Shown one piece after another: positions 7,549 through 16,255 of a DNA stretch of 64,000 bases. The number at the start of each line of letters is the position of its first letter. Position 1 is the first letter of the stretch. The notes below the pieces were generated by a model. It was not told where the DNA came from and made no database searches. It worked only from the letters and a program-made list of their open reading frames with translations. The stretch spans positions 9,484 through 73,483 of the forward strand of contig JBDKKN010000134.1 in NCBI GenBank assembly GCA_039796075.1, given 5' to 3'. Origin of the DNA: Planctomycetota bacterium (GTDB taxonomy: Bacteria > Planctomycetota > Phycisphaerae > Phycisphaerales > SM1A02). Made by a program: the position numbers and the translations under genes.

Positions 7549-8574
7549 TCAGTGGAAGATCCAGTCGGCAAGCAGCAGGGCAAGATCGCCGCCAGCGGTG
7601 GTGCCATCAAGATCGATGTCCGCACCGGGCGTACCCCATGATGCCAACAGCAATGCCAAGTCGATACCGGTGACCATGCCGTCACCATCAAAGTCGGCGT
7701 CCATCTGGCCGGCCACCGCAATGAACGCCCCGCCCGCGGTCAATTGGGTAAAGGCACCGCGCGGCGAGAAATTCAAACCGCCTGCAGTCAATCCCCAGGC
7801 AGTCACCCGGCCATCTGATCGAAGCGCCACGCTGAACTGCTCGCCGGCAGCCACTCGCACGTACGGACCAGCGGGTGCAGTGCACTGACCTTGAAAGTTG
7901 CTCCCCCAACAGACAACCGCTGTGTTCGACTTCAGCCCCACGGTGTGCTGCGATCCCGCGTCAATCTGTGTCATGGTTGCGCTTGGTGCTGAGCACTGTC
8001 CATAGGCGTTCCATCCCCAGCACGCTGCGGTTCCATTACTGCGGAGGCCCGCCGTGTGCCAACCTCCGGCAGTGATGGCAGTAAATGGACCAACAGACGC
8101 ATTGCATTGCCCGCTCCCGTTGCTGCCCCAGCACACCGCGTTGCCATCACGAGCCTTGATGGCGGCACTGTGCATACCGCCTGCCGCAATGGCGATGAAT
8201 GATCCACTGGGTACATTGCATTGGCCGCTGGTGTTCTTACCCCAACCGACCAACGATCCACTCGCTATGAGGCCGATGCAGTGATTGTCACCTGCAGCCA
8301 CGGCAGTGAACGATCCCTTCGGTGCGTTGACACAGCCGAATTCGTTACTGCCCCATACGCGGATCGATCTGTCAGTCAGAATCACTGCGGTATGGGCAAT
8401 GCCTGCCGACATTGAAACTGCGTCGACACCGTTTCCCATGGTTCCGGGCAACTGCCCTGAGGCATTCATGCCCCAAGAGGTGATGATGGACTGCGCCCGC
8501 GCGGGTGAGTACACCGCGAGCGAGCATGCGACTGAAAGCCACCCGAGAGTTGATGTGGGTAACAAGCGATTCAT
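7549..8574 (-). CDS. Secreted RCC1-repeat (beta-propeller) protein with twin dockerin-like C-terminal module
   Basis: The chosen start ATG at 8574 gives the signal peptide MNRLLPTSTLGWLSVACSLAVYSPARAQS. The 130 aa upstream of it in the ORF look non-coding. The body has about 7 repeats of the type G..H..(A/G)(L/I)...G....WG.N..GQC. The C-terminus is DADFDGDGMVTGIDLALLLASWG..ADIDLDGTTAGGDLALLLADW. Confidence 0.8.
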   Translation of the reverse strand: MNRLLPTSTLGWLSVACSLAVYSPARAQSIITSWGMNASGQLPGTMGNGVDAVSMSAGIAHTAVILTDRSIRVWGSNEFGCVNAPKGSFTAVAAGDNHCIGLIASGSLVGWGKNTSGQCNVPSGSFIAIAAGGMHSAAIKARDGNAVCWGSNGSGQCNASVGPFTAITAGGWHTAGLRSNGTAACWGWNAYGQCSAPSATMTQIDAGSQHTVGLKSNTAVVCWGSNFQGQCTAPAGPYVRVAAGEQFSVALRSDGRVTAWGLTAGGLNFSPRGAFTQLTAGGAFIAVAGQMDADFDGDGMVTGIDLALLLASWGTPGADIDLDGTTAGGDLALLLADWIFH

Positions 8575-8830
8575 GATGCTTTCTGACGATAAGGAGCGTC
8601 GAAGCAGTCGAGAGAAGGGATTCCGCCATGCAAACTGTATGCGGCAATTGCCAACATGCCAGTTCAATACTGCCGACCGCTGCAACTTCCCTGCTCTATC
8701 CTCCCATTTCGTGCCCGCGATCCCAGCCAACGCCTCCCGAGAGTCCGCGAACCCTGCCATAGCGCAAGGAACAGCGGCTGCCGTGGATTGCGCCGCCACT
8801 GCCGGACCAGCCGCCATCGCTCCGCGTTGG

Positions 8831-9982
8831 GTGGTACTGACGGTCACGTGGGCAAATTCCCTCGGCAGCGGACTGCTCTGGGGCGGCGTTCCGTTTGTGA
8901 TGGAACTGCAGTACGGATTCACCAAAGGTGAGAACCTGCTGCTCGCACTGGCGGAGAGCATCATCTACGTCTTAGTGGCGCTCGGCTCTGGTCCAGTACT
9001 GCGGCGCTATGCAGGTCGCGGACTCACTCCGCGCGCCGCACTCATGTCCATCTTCATCGTGCAACTCGTCGCATCTGTTGTTGCACTCACTGGCATGTGG
9101 GGCGTGGTGGTCGCCTCATGCGTCTTTAGCGCCGTGGGCGCAACGCTTTGGCCGATCATGGAAAGCTATGTTTCGTCCGGACAGCACGGCGGGAACATGC
9201 GGCGCTCGATCGGCATCTTCAATGTGACATGGATGTCTGCCACTGGCGCCGCCCTACTACTCATGGCGCCGGTGATTGCATTCGGACATGCCAGCCACAC
9301 GCTCTTGGTTCTGGCGCCAATTTCAATACTATCGATCGTCCTGCTCCGTTGGTTCCCAGCACGACCGGCCGCACATCCTCCGGAACATGCGCACACGCAT
9401 ATTGCTCCGCAGTACGCGTACCTGCTTCGCGCCACGCGATTTGTCATACCTACGAGCTACATATTCATCTCTGTGATCGGCCCGGTGCTGCCGTTCATCC
9501 TGCGCGACCTGGTGATTGCCGACGAACTGAAGACGCCGATCGCATCGGTGTGGATGTTTGCGCGCATGTTCACGGTGGTCATCTTGGCGCAACTGACCTT
9601 CTGGCACGGCAGGTGGAGCACGCTTGCAGTCGGTATCTCCTTGCTGGCTGGTGGATTTGCCGGCATTGTTCTGGCAACCGATGTTTCCATGCTGATGATT
9701 GGGCTCACCATGTTTGGCGCAGGTCACGGCATTCTCTACTACGCCGGCCTCTACTACGCCATGGCGGTGGGTGGCGCAGACGTTGACGCCGGCGGCCGAT
9801 TTGAAGCGCTGATCGGCGTGGGATATGTGATTGGCCCAGTTGCCGGCATGCTGGCGGGTGGCACGCAAGCACAACTGGTGGGGGCAACATGGGCGGCTGC
9901 CCTGCTCGGCATCGCGCCGGCGATCATGCCCTGGCTGGCGTGGCGCCGTCGCCTCCGCGGAGAACAGAGGGCGCACGCATGA
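8831..9982 (+). CDS. Multi-pass membrane protein, MFS-like transporter (start uncertain: GTG 8831 or ATG 8900)
   Basis: About 10-12 hydrophobic helices run from WANSLGSGLLWGGVPFV onward, with a central Arg/His-rich loop (RWFPARPAAHPPEHAHTH) typical of the MFS 6+6 layout. The first ~180 aa of the 565-aa ORF overlap the RCC1 gene on the opposite strand and are rejected. Confidence 0.45.
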   Translation: MVLTVTWANSLGSGLLWGGVPFVMELQYGFTKGENLLLALAESIIYVLVALGSGPVLRRYAGRGLTPRAALMSIFIVQLVASVVALTGMWGVVVASCVFSAVGATLWPIMESYVSSGQHGGNMRRSIGIFNVTWMSATGAALLLMAPVIAFGHASHTLLVLAPISILSIVLLRWFPARPAAHPPEHAHTHIAPQYAYLLRATRFVIPTSYIFISVIGPVLPFILRDLVIADELKTPIASVWMFARMFTVVILAQLTFWHGRWSTLAVGISLLAGGFAGIVLATDVSMLMIGLTMFGAGHGILYYAGLYYAMAVGGADVDAGGRFEALIGVGYVIGPVAGMLAGGTQAQLVGATWAAALLGIAPAIMPWLAWRRRLRGEQRAHA

Positions 9983-11274
9983 TGGTGACACTGATCATTC
10001 TTGGCGCATTGATTGCATTGCACGCCTTCGTAGCCGCCTGCGAACTGGCCGTCATGACCGCCCGTCCTTCGCGCCTGCAAGCGATGGCCGACCGTGGCAA
10101 CCACGGCGCACGCCGCGCACTGGCCTTGTCACGCGACTCATCGCGATTGCTTTCCACCGTTCACCTGATCATGACGATGACCGCCATCGTGGAAGGCGCA
10201 TACGGCGAACGCGAACTTTCGCACTATTTGGAGATTTGGCTCCGCGAGTACCCAGCGATCGCTCCGCATGCGGAGGTGATTTCATTCATTACGGTGATCA
10301 CCGTGCTTTCGTACCTCTTGCTGGTCGTTGGTGAATTGGTGCCCAAGCAGATCGGCATTGCGTATCCGGAGCGAATCGCTTCCGCCACTGCCACGCCGCT
10401 GTGGTTCATGTCTCGCGTGGCTGGCATTCCGGTGCGCATATTGACCAGTTCAACGGATGGACTGACACGACTGCTCGGAATTCGCAGCCACCGCGAAGAA
10501 GTGAGTGAAGAAGACGTCAAGGCGATGGTTGCGCAGGCTGCCAGTACGGGCGTGTTTGACCCTATGGAGCACCGCATCTTTGAGCGTGCCCTTCGCGTGG
10601 GGGACATGACCGCCAAGAGTTTGATGGTCCCGCGCGGACAAATCACCTGGATCGACGCGGCCATGCCAGCTGACGATCTGCAAGTACTGATCGGCACCGC
10701 GCCGTTCAGCCACTTCCCGGTGTGCGAAGGTTCCATCGATCGCCTCCTTGGCGTTGTGCACATCAAGGATCTGATTTCCTACGGATTGCTGGCAGGCGCA
10801 GGATTCAAAGTCTCCGCGGTGATGCAGGCGCCGCTCTATGTACCGGATTCCATGCCCGCACTGAAGCTGCTCGCACTCTTTCAATCAAACCGCACGCGCA
10901 TTGCGTTTGTCGTCGATGAACATGGTGGACTGGAAGGACTCGTCACTGCGAACGATGTTGTGCAAGCGTTGCTTGGCGATATGAGCCGCGGTACTGAGGG
11001 CGAACAAGCCACCGCCGTCAAGCGCGAAGATGGCTCATGGCTGATGGATGGAATGCTGCCGCTTCCAGATGTGTTGGCAACACTTGGACTCACCAGTGAT
11101 GCCGCGGATGAACTTCCAGAGGTCGCCACTGCGGCCGGATTGGTAACAGCGCTCCTCGGCGAACTACCGAGCACCGGCGACAAAGTGACGTGGATCGGCT
11201 GGCAATTTGAGGTGATCGACCTGGACGGACGCCGTGTCGACAAGTTGCTGGTTACACGTCATCCGAAGCAGTAA
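9979..11274 (+). CDS. CNNM/HlyC/CorC-family transporter (DUF21 + CBS pair + CorC_HlyC domain)
   Basis: The start MMVTLIILGALIALHAFVAACELAV is a DUF21 N-terminus with a conserved E, and it overlaps the upstream stop in ATGA. Further motifs are LLVVGELVPKQIG, a CBS-pair region (MVPRGQITWID...PVCEGSIDRLLGVVHIKD) and a C-terminal WLMDGMLPL...W.FEVIDLDGRRVDKLLV. Confidence 0.85.
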   Translation: MMVTLIILGALIALHAFVAACELAVMTARPSRLQAMADRGNHGARRALALSRDSSRLLSTVHLIMTMTAIVEGAYGERELSHYLEIWLREYPAIAPHAEVISFITVITVLSYLLLVVGELVPKQIGIAYPERIASATATPLWFMSRVAGIPVRILTSSTDGLTRLLGIRSHREEVSEEDVKAMVAQAASTGVFDPMEHRIFERALRVGDMTAKSLMVPRGQITWIDAAMPADDLQVLIGTAPFSHFPVCEGSIDRLLGVVHIKDLISYGLLAGAGFKVSAVMQAPLYVPDSMPALKLLALFQSNRTRIAFVVDEHGGLEGLVTANDVVQALLGDMSRGTEGEQATAVKREDGSWLMDGMLPLPDVLATLGLTSDAADELPEVATAAGLVTALLGELPSTGDKVTWIGWQFEVIDLDGRRVDKLLVTRHPKQ

Positions 11275-12709
11275 CGGACTTCCCGCTCACTGCTGACAAC
11301 GCTTGCAATGCAGCGGCGCGAGCCTTGGCATGATCAACGATCGGGTACGGATACGTTTCGCCAAGAGTGACGCCCGACATCGCCAGCGCAAGCGGCGGGG
11401 CTTCCCACGGCGCATGAATGTATTCGGCGGGCACACCAGCAAGTTCCGGCACCCAACGCTTGACGTATGCACCTTCCGGGTCAAATTTCTTGCCCTGCGT
11501 CATCGGATTGAAGATGCGAAAGTACGGCGCCGCGTCGGCACCGCAACCTCCCGCCCACTGCCAGCCAAGCGTGTTGCTGGCAAGATCGGCGTCGACCAAC
11601 GTATCCCAGAACCAGCGGGCGCCATGCATCCAATCCATACGCAAGTGCTTCACTAAGAAGCTGCCCACCACCATGCGCACGCGGTTGTGCATCCATCCGG
11701 TGTGCAACAGTTGCCGCATTCCAGCATCGACGATCGGATAACCGGTCCGACCGCGCTGCCAGGCACGTAGTTCCACCGCGTTTGTGCGCCATGGAAATTT
11801 CCTGAAGTCAATGCGTAGCGGATCCTCCGCAGTGCGCGGAAAATTAGCCAGGACATGCGCGCCGAACTCACGCCAACCCAACTCAGCGCGGAACTTCTCC
11901 GCATTCGCGGTGAATTCTCCTGCTCGACCGCGGATCGCATGTTGCACTGCGTGCCACGCCTCACGTGGGCTGAGCTCACCAAAGTGCAGGTGCGCGGAAA
12001 GCATGGACGTTCCGTGCACACCAGGAATATCGCGCTGCAGTGAGTAATGACCGATCGGACCAGCAACGAACGCCTGCAGCCGCGCGCGCGCGCTGGCCTC
12101 ACCCGGAGTCCACATCTGTTGCAATCCTGCATCCCACGGAATTTCCGGCAGGAGCTGCAGCGCGTCGACTTTGAGCCCCGCGGGCCATTTCGCGGGCGCA
12201 GGAATCGTTGCCGGCGCTTGGCGCGGAGCATCGGGCGCTGGACGCGTTAAGCACGCTCGCCAGAACGGCGTGAACACCTTGTAGGCGGTGCCAGTCTGCG
12301 TGCGGATCGTAAACGGATCGAAAAGCAGATTGGATCCAATCCGGCACAGTTCAACGCCGACCTTTTGCAGCACTTCTGTAATGCGCTCCTCGTCAGCCAT
12401 GGCCGCTGGCTCGTAACGACGTGAGCACACTACGCGCTTGGCCGCACATGCGCGCGCGATGGACGCCAGTTCCACCGCTGGATCGCCAGCCCGAATCACC
12501 AGCCGAGAGCCGCGCGATTTCAAGTCATCAGCAAGCCGTTGCAGCGAGTGATGCAACCACCAGCGCTGTGCACCACCGATCGGCCATCGACCCTCGGACT
12601 TGGGATACCAAATAAACACCGGCACCACTGCGCCGCGCGCGCACGCATCAAGAAGCGCGTCATGATCAGAAGTACGAAGATCTTGTCGAAACCAAACCAG
12701 CGTGGTCAT
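11252..12709 (-). CDS. phrB: Deoxyribodipyrimidine photolyase (CPD photolyase / cryptochrome family)
   Basis: MTTLVWFRQDLRTSDHDAL (photolyase N-terminal domain), then TSMLSAHLHFGELSPRE, WREF, GYPIVDAGMRQL..TGWMHNRVRM and DADLASNTLGWQWAGGCGADAAPYFRIFNP. The start overlaps the stop of the upstream gene (12706-12709). Confidence 0.9.
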   Translation of the reverse strand: MTTLVWFRQDLRTSDHDALLDACARGAVVPVFIWYPKSEGRWPIGGAQRWWLHHSLQRLADDLKSRGSRLVIRAGDPAVELASIARACAAKRVVCSRRYEPAAMADEERITEVLQKVGVELCRIGSNLLFDPFTIRTQTGTAYKVFTPFWRACLTRPAPDAPRQAPATIPAPAKWPAGLKVDALQLLPEIPWDAGLQQMWTPGEASARARLQAFVAGPIGHYSLQRDIPGVHGTSMLSAHLHFGELSPREAWHAVQHAIRGRAGEFTANAEKFRAELGWREFGAHVLANFPRTAEDPLRIDFRKFPWRTNAVELRAWQRGRTGYPIVDAGMRQLLHTGWMHNRVRMVVGSFLVKHLRMDWMHGARWFWDTLVDADLASNTLGWQWAGGCGADAAPYFRIFNPMTQGKKFDPEGAYVKRWVPELAGVPAEYIHAPWEAPPLALAMSGVTLGETYPYPIVDHAKARAAALQALSAVSGKSVTASDDV

Positions 12710-14082
12710 TCGAATTTCCCAAGTTCAAATCGGAAGGCATCAGTCAGACTCGGAAGCGCCCACTTGAATTGCAGCGCCTGCAGGCGCGTTGGTGCAACGA
12801 ACGCACCTTCAAGGAGCAGCCGCTCACCCATCTCGCCAAACATCACTTTCACGGCCGTTGCAGGAAGTGGCGCCACTGACGGCCTACCAAGCACACTTCC
12901 GAGCGTCTGCCCAAACTCCTTGTTCGAGCACGGCTGCGGCGCTACTGCATTGACGGGTCCGGCTACATCAGCGCTCATCACCAAGCGGAGCACGCCGAGC
13001 AAGTCGTCAAGGTCGATCCAACTCATGCCTTGCTTACCAGAGCCCACTGAGCCGCCCAGACCCATCTTGAATGGTGGCAGCAACTTGGCAAGCGCTCCGC
13101 CACGGGCGCTGATCACTACGCCAATACGTACGTTTACTACGCGAATTCCTGCGTCCCGCGCAGCATCAGTGGCACGCTCCCACTCTTCGCAGATCTCCGG
13201 CAGATAGCCGTCACCGCGTGGGCTTGATTCATCCACTTGATCCGGACCTGGTCGATTTCCGTACCAACCAACCGCACTTGCGCACACCAAGACGCGCGGC
13301 TTGTGTTTGAGGCCAGCAAGCGTGCGCGCCAGTTGCGCAGTTGGATCGACGCGACTGTCGCGGATTTCCTTCTTGCGCGCGGCGCTCCATCGCTGATCGG
13401 CAATCCCCGCCCCGGCAAGGTGCACCACGGCATCAAGACCTTCAAGCCGCGCTGCATCAAACGTTCCTGCACGCTGATCCCATGCCACATCGCCACGCGC
13501 ATGATCGGCTGCGCCCCGCACAATCCGTCGAACATCATGACCGCCCGTCGACAGAAATGCCAGCAACGCACTACCAACCATTCCGTTGGTACCACTCACC
13601 GCAACGCGCAGGTGCTCGCCCGGAAAAGTTGCATGGTGGTGCAGATCGTGACGAGTTCGCGCGTGCCGCCACGTGAACATCCGCTCCAGATCGCCGGCAA
13701 CCGTGGAGCCCCCGAAGGTACGACCGAGGATCCCGCCCGGAAGTTCGTATTCGATCCGGTCTTCCAACATGCTGGAGACATCGCCGTTGGGAAGGAACGA
13801 ATGCCGATGGTTCCACGAACTGAACGGACCAGATTCCTGCGTGTCGCAAAAGGAGATGCCGGGCTTGACGTCGTGATGGCGCGCTACCCACACCAATGGC
13901 ACTCCGAACTTCTTCATCCGAAATCGAGCCACCGCTCCGTCCACCATGGCGGCGGGGCGCTCCAAGATTTCAACATCCTCCCAGGGCGGGATGAGGCGGT
14001 CGATCGCTCCGGACCGAAAGTGCCATGCCGCCAGTTCTGCGGCGGGAGCAGGCATAAGACTTGATCGAACAAACACGGCCAT
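12706..14082 (-). CDS. SRPBCC (cyclase/dehydrase-like) domain fused to a TIGR01777/YfcH-type NAD-dependent epimerase-like domain (DUF1731 C-terminus)
   Basis: The N-terminal ~150 aa is a SRPBCC-like fold (LIPPWEDVEILE...FSSWNHRH). It is followed by VAVSGTNGMVGSALLAFL (Rossmann), YG..R and a C-terminal LLEGAFVAPTRLQALQFKW typical of the YfcH family. Confidence 0.7.
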   Translation of the reverse strand: MAVFVRSSLMPAPAAELAAWHFRSGAIDRLIPPWEDVEILERPAAMVDGAVARFRMKKFGVPLVWVARHHDVKPGISFCDTQESGPFSSWNHRHSFLPNGDVSSMLEDRIEYELPGGILGRTFGGSTVAGDLERMFTWRHARTRHDLHHHATFPGEHLRVAVSGTNGMVGSALLAFLSTGGHDVRRIVRGAADHARGDVAWDQRAGTFDAARLEGLDAVVHLAGAGIADQRWSAARKKEIRDSRVDPTAQLARTLAGLKHKPRVLVCASAVGWYGNRPGPDQVDESSPRGDGYLPEICEEWERATDAARDAGIRVVNVRIGVVISARGGALAKLLPPFKMGLGGSVGSGKQGMSWIDLDDLLGVLRLVMSADVAGPVNAVAPQPCSNKEFGQTLGSVLGRPSVAPLPATAVKVMFGEMGERLLLEGAFVAPTRLQALQFKWALPSLTDAFRFELGKFE

Positions 14083-14183
14083 ATACGTGGTCTACCTTGC
14101 AAAGAGCGGGCGCGCGCAGGACAGTTCCCGCACCTCGTCGCGTATTCGCACACGTGAATTTCTAGATTCGTGGACGGGGGCGA

Positions 14184-15332
14184 ATGTCGCCACACGCGCC
14201 GCCGGATGCATTGACTACGATATTGACAGTGATGAATGAATCAACCACCGTCAAGCCTTCCGGACATCGCATCGGCACCATATTGCTCCGATTGATCGTG
14301 CCCCTTTGGATCCTCCTCGGAGCGGGGGTCAAACTCTGGGAGCGCAACCCGCAGTTGCTGCCAAAGCCAGTAACGGATGTCACGGATTTCATCTTTGTTC
14401 GTGGCCTTGGACTGAACCGCGAGGATTACCTGGGACCCGCCATGCGCTTCATGATCGCTTTCGAGATCATGGCAGCGCTCGTGATGGTGGTCGGCCCGGT
14501 GCAGGCGGCGCGCGGCCTGGCCATCTCACTCATGACGATGTTTTGTGTCATCCTGGGCTTACTGATCGCCTCCGGCGCTGCGAGCTGTGGATGTTTCGGT
14601 GCAAGCGGACCATCGCCGGAGTGGATGCTTGTCGTCGACCTCACGTTGTTGATTGGCCTGTGCGTGCTACGACCGCGCGGTCGTCGCCTGCCGCCCGCGG
14701 AACTGGGACGCAAAGTTGGCTACGTCATGTTTGTCCCCGTGTTGCTTGGCGTCGGAATCGCGTTTGGCGTGCCGGATCGCGCCGCTGTCACGCTTGAAGT
14801 TGTTGATACTGCCACACCAGTGGTCATCACCACCCCCGTGGTCACAACTACCCCGGTGGTCACAACTACCCCGGTGGTCACCGCCACAACGGCCTGGCCG
14901 CCGATGCCTGCAACCGCCAAGCCGTGGTACGCACCAGAGTTTGAATCATGGAAGGGCCAGCGACTAGATGCCCAAGAACTCATGCTCTTGGTGCAGCGAC
15001 CGCTGCCCGCAAACTTGAATGTCGGACGACATCACATCGTCTTCATGCGCGATGACTGCGATCACTGCCACGAGCTCTTGAACAGCTATTTCAGTGGCCC
15101 GTTGACCACACCAACCACCACCATTGCTATCCCGGATGCCACGGGCGAACTGTTGGAAAACCCCTGCGAACAATGCGGTAAAGCAACATTCCCCAAGGGC
15201 ATTAACTACGTACTGAGCACCCCGGTACTCCTCACCGTCGAGGACGGCGTGGTGATCGGCGTCTGTACGAATAGCGAAGACGCCACGTTGGTGCGCGCCG
15301 CGCTGAACGCCAAAGGCAAAGTCAATCCATGA
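14184..15332 (+). CDS. MauE/DoxX-like 4-TM membrane domain (CGCFG motif) + Thr/Pro/Val repeat linker + thioredoxin-like domain with two CxxC motifs
   Basis: The TM helices include ...LLIASGAASCGCFGASGP..., and CxCFG is the signature I associate with MauE/DoxX redox-associated membrane proteins. The linker is TPVVITTPVVTTTPVVTTTPVVTATT. The C-terminal domain reads HHIVFMRDDCDHCHELLNSYFSG...CEQCGK. An alternative start is ATG 14232. Confidence 0.6.
   Translation: MSPHAPPDALTTILTVMNESTTVKPSGHRIGTILLRLIVPLWILLGAGVKLWERNPQLLPKPVTDVTDFIFVRGLGLNREDYLGPAMRFMIAFEIMAALVMVVGPVQAARGLAISLMTMFCVILGLLIASGAASCGCFGASGPSPEWMLVVDLTLLIGLCVLRPRGRRLPPAELGRKVGYVMFVPVLLGVGIAFGVPDRAAVTLEVVDTATPVVITTPVVTTTPVVTTTPVVTATTAWPPMPATAKPWYAPEFESWKGQRLDAQELMLLVQRPLPANLNVGRHHIVFMRDDCDHCHELLNSYFSGPLTTPTTTIAIPDATGELLENPCEQCGKATFPKGINYVLSTPVLLTVEDGVVIGVCTNSEDATLVRAALNAKGKVNP
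14814..14885 (+). repeat. In-frame 18-bp tandem repeat x4 encoding TPVV(I/T)(T/A)
   Basis: The units are acaccagtggtcatcacc / acccccgtggtcacaact / accccggtggtcacaact / accccggtggtcaccgcc. Units 2 and 3 differ at one base. Confidence 0.85.
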
Positions 15333-16255
15333 ATGGACTGCTTCGTCGCATTGCTATCCCCACCCTACTCCTGACCTGCGTTGCTATTGAGTGGTCACGC
15401 GGCGGCGACGCGCTTCCAAATTGGCTCGCGAATCTCTCTGTGAAGACTGGGGCCGGTTCAGACAAGGTGCTGCGCATTCTGATTGCTCTTGAGTTGTGCG
15501 GCGCCATGTTTGCGTTCCTTTCATCTGGATTGTCACGCCGCGTTGCTTGGCTGACCGGTATCGCCTTTGCGTTTAGTGGTCTGGCGGAACTTTCCGCGAT
15601 CATCAATGCGCCCGGTGATGCGGCGGTTCCGGCCAGCATGTGGATCACCCCGCTTGTTGGTCTGGCCATCGGCGCTGGCACGCTGGCACTCCTGATGCGG
15701 CCCAACGCAGCGCCCACCCCACGTGTTCGCATTTCCGCATTGAAGGTCATTGGAGCTGTGGCAGTTGCTGCGTTTGCATTTGGACTCGCCGGGCGCCTTG
15801 ACTTGGCTCCGCGAACCAATTCCCGGTTTAGCAATAGCGGCGCGGAAATGGTGGTACTCAACCCGAGCGAATGGGTTGGAATGACCATGGCCGAGGCTGG
15901 CATCGCTCGACATCTTCCAAGCTTGACGCCTCTGACGCTGGAAGGAACCAAGTGGGTGGTGTTCTATTCCCCCACCTGCGGCCGTTGTCATGAAGTCTTC
16001 CGAACGTACTTTTCCGGCCCGCAAGAGGGCAACGTGATTGCCGTCCTTGTGCCACATGGCCCCGGCGTAACGGTGTTGCCAAGCGATCAGCCCGCCGACG
16101 TGGAATGCACCGGCTGCGAACGGGTTTCGCTGCCGGACACCAAGCAGTGGATCATCACCCCGCCCACCATCGTCAAAGTGGAGAACGGGCGAGTGACCTG
16201 CGCCACCAGCAGTGATTACGACCGCTGCCGAATACCTGCAGACGTCAAACAGTGA
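15329..16255 (+). CDS. Paralogous membrane protein with C-terminal double-CxxC thioredoxin-like domain (no CGCFG motif)
   Basis: The start overlaps the upstream stop (ATGA 15329-15332). It has 4-5 TM helices. The C-terminal domain KWVVFYSPTCGRCHEVFRTYFSG...CTGCER aligns with the upstream gene's HIVFMRDDCDHCHELLNSYFSG...CEQCGK. Confidence 0.6.
   Translation: MNGLLRRIAIPTLLLTCVAIEWSRGGDALPNWLANLSVKTGAGSDKVLRILIALELCGAMFAFLSSGLSRRVAWLTGIAFAFSGLAELSAIINAPGDAAVPASMWITPLVGLAIGAGTLALLMRPNAAPTPRVRISALKVIGAVAVAAFAFGLAGRLDLAPRTNSRFSNSGAEMVVLNPSEWVGMTMAEAGIARHLPSLTPLTLEGTKWVVFYSPTCGRCHEVFRTYFSGPQEGNVIAVLVPHGPGVTVLPSDQPADVECTGCERVSLPDTKQWIITPPTIVKVENGRVTCATSSDYDRCRIPADVKQ

Noticed and set aside
7353-7721. 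122-aa minus-strand ORF spanning tRNA-Arg(CCG), and likewise 42342-42629 spanning tRNA-Arg(ACG)
   Set aside because: The ORFs read through tRNA genes. The tRNA cloverleaves are far better supported.
8285-8830. N-terminal ~180 aa of the 565-aa plus-strand ORF
   Set aside because: This part overlaps the RCC1-repeat gene, which has a signal peptide and clear repeats on the opposite strand. It is hydrophilic and low-complexity, whereas the membrane protein proper begins around 8831-8900.
13237-14064. 275-aa plus-strand ORF (similarly 17474-18412, 312 aa)
   Set aside because: These are antisense to the motif-supported SRPBCC-YfcH gene and to the 531-aa exported-protein gene. Their composition is Arg/His/Pro-rich, typical of GC-rich shadow frames.
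14814-14885. Short tandem repeats considered as a possible CRISPR or other array (also 1006-1053 and 4526-4585)
   Set aside because: The units are 15-18 bp, directly abutting with no spacers, in frame inside CDSs and encoding peptide repeats. No cas genes are present.
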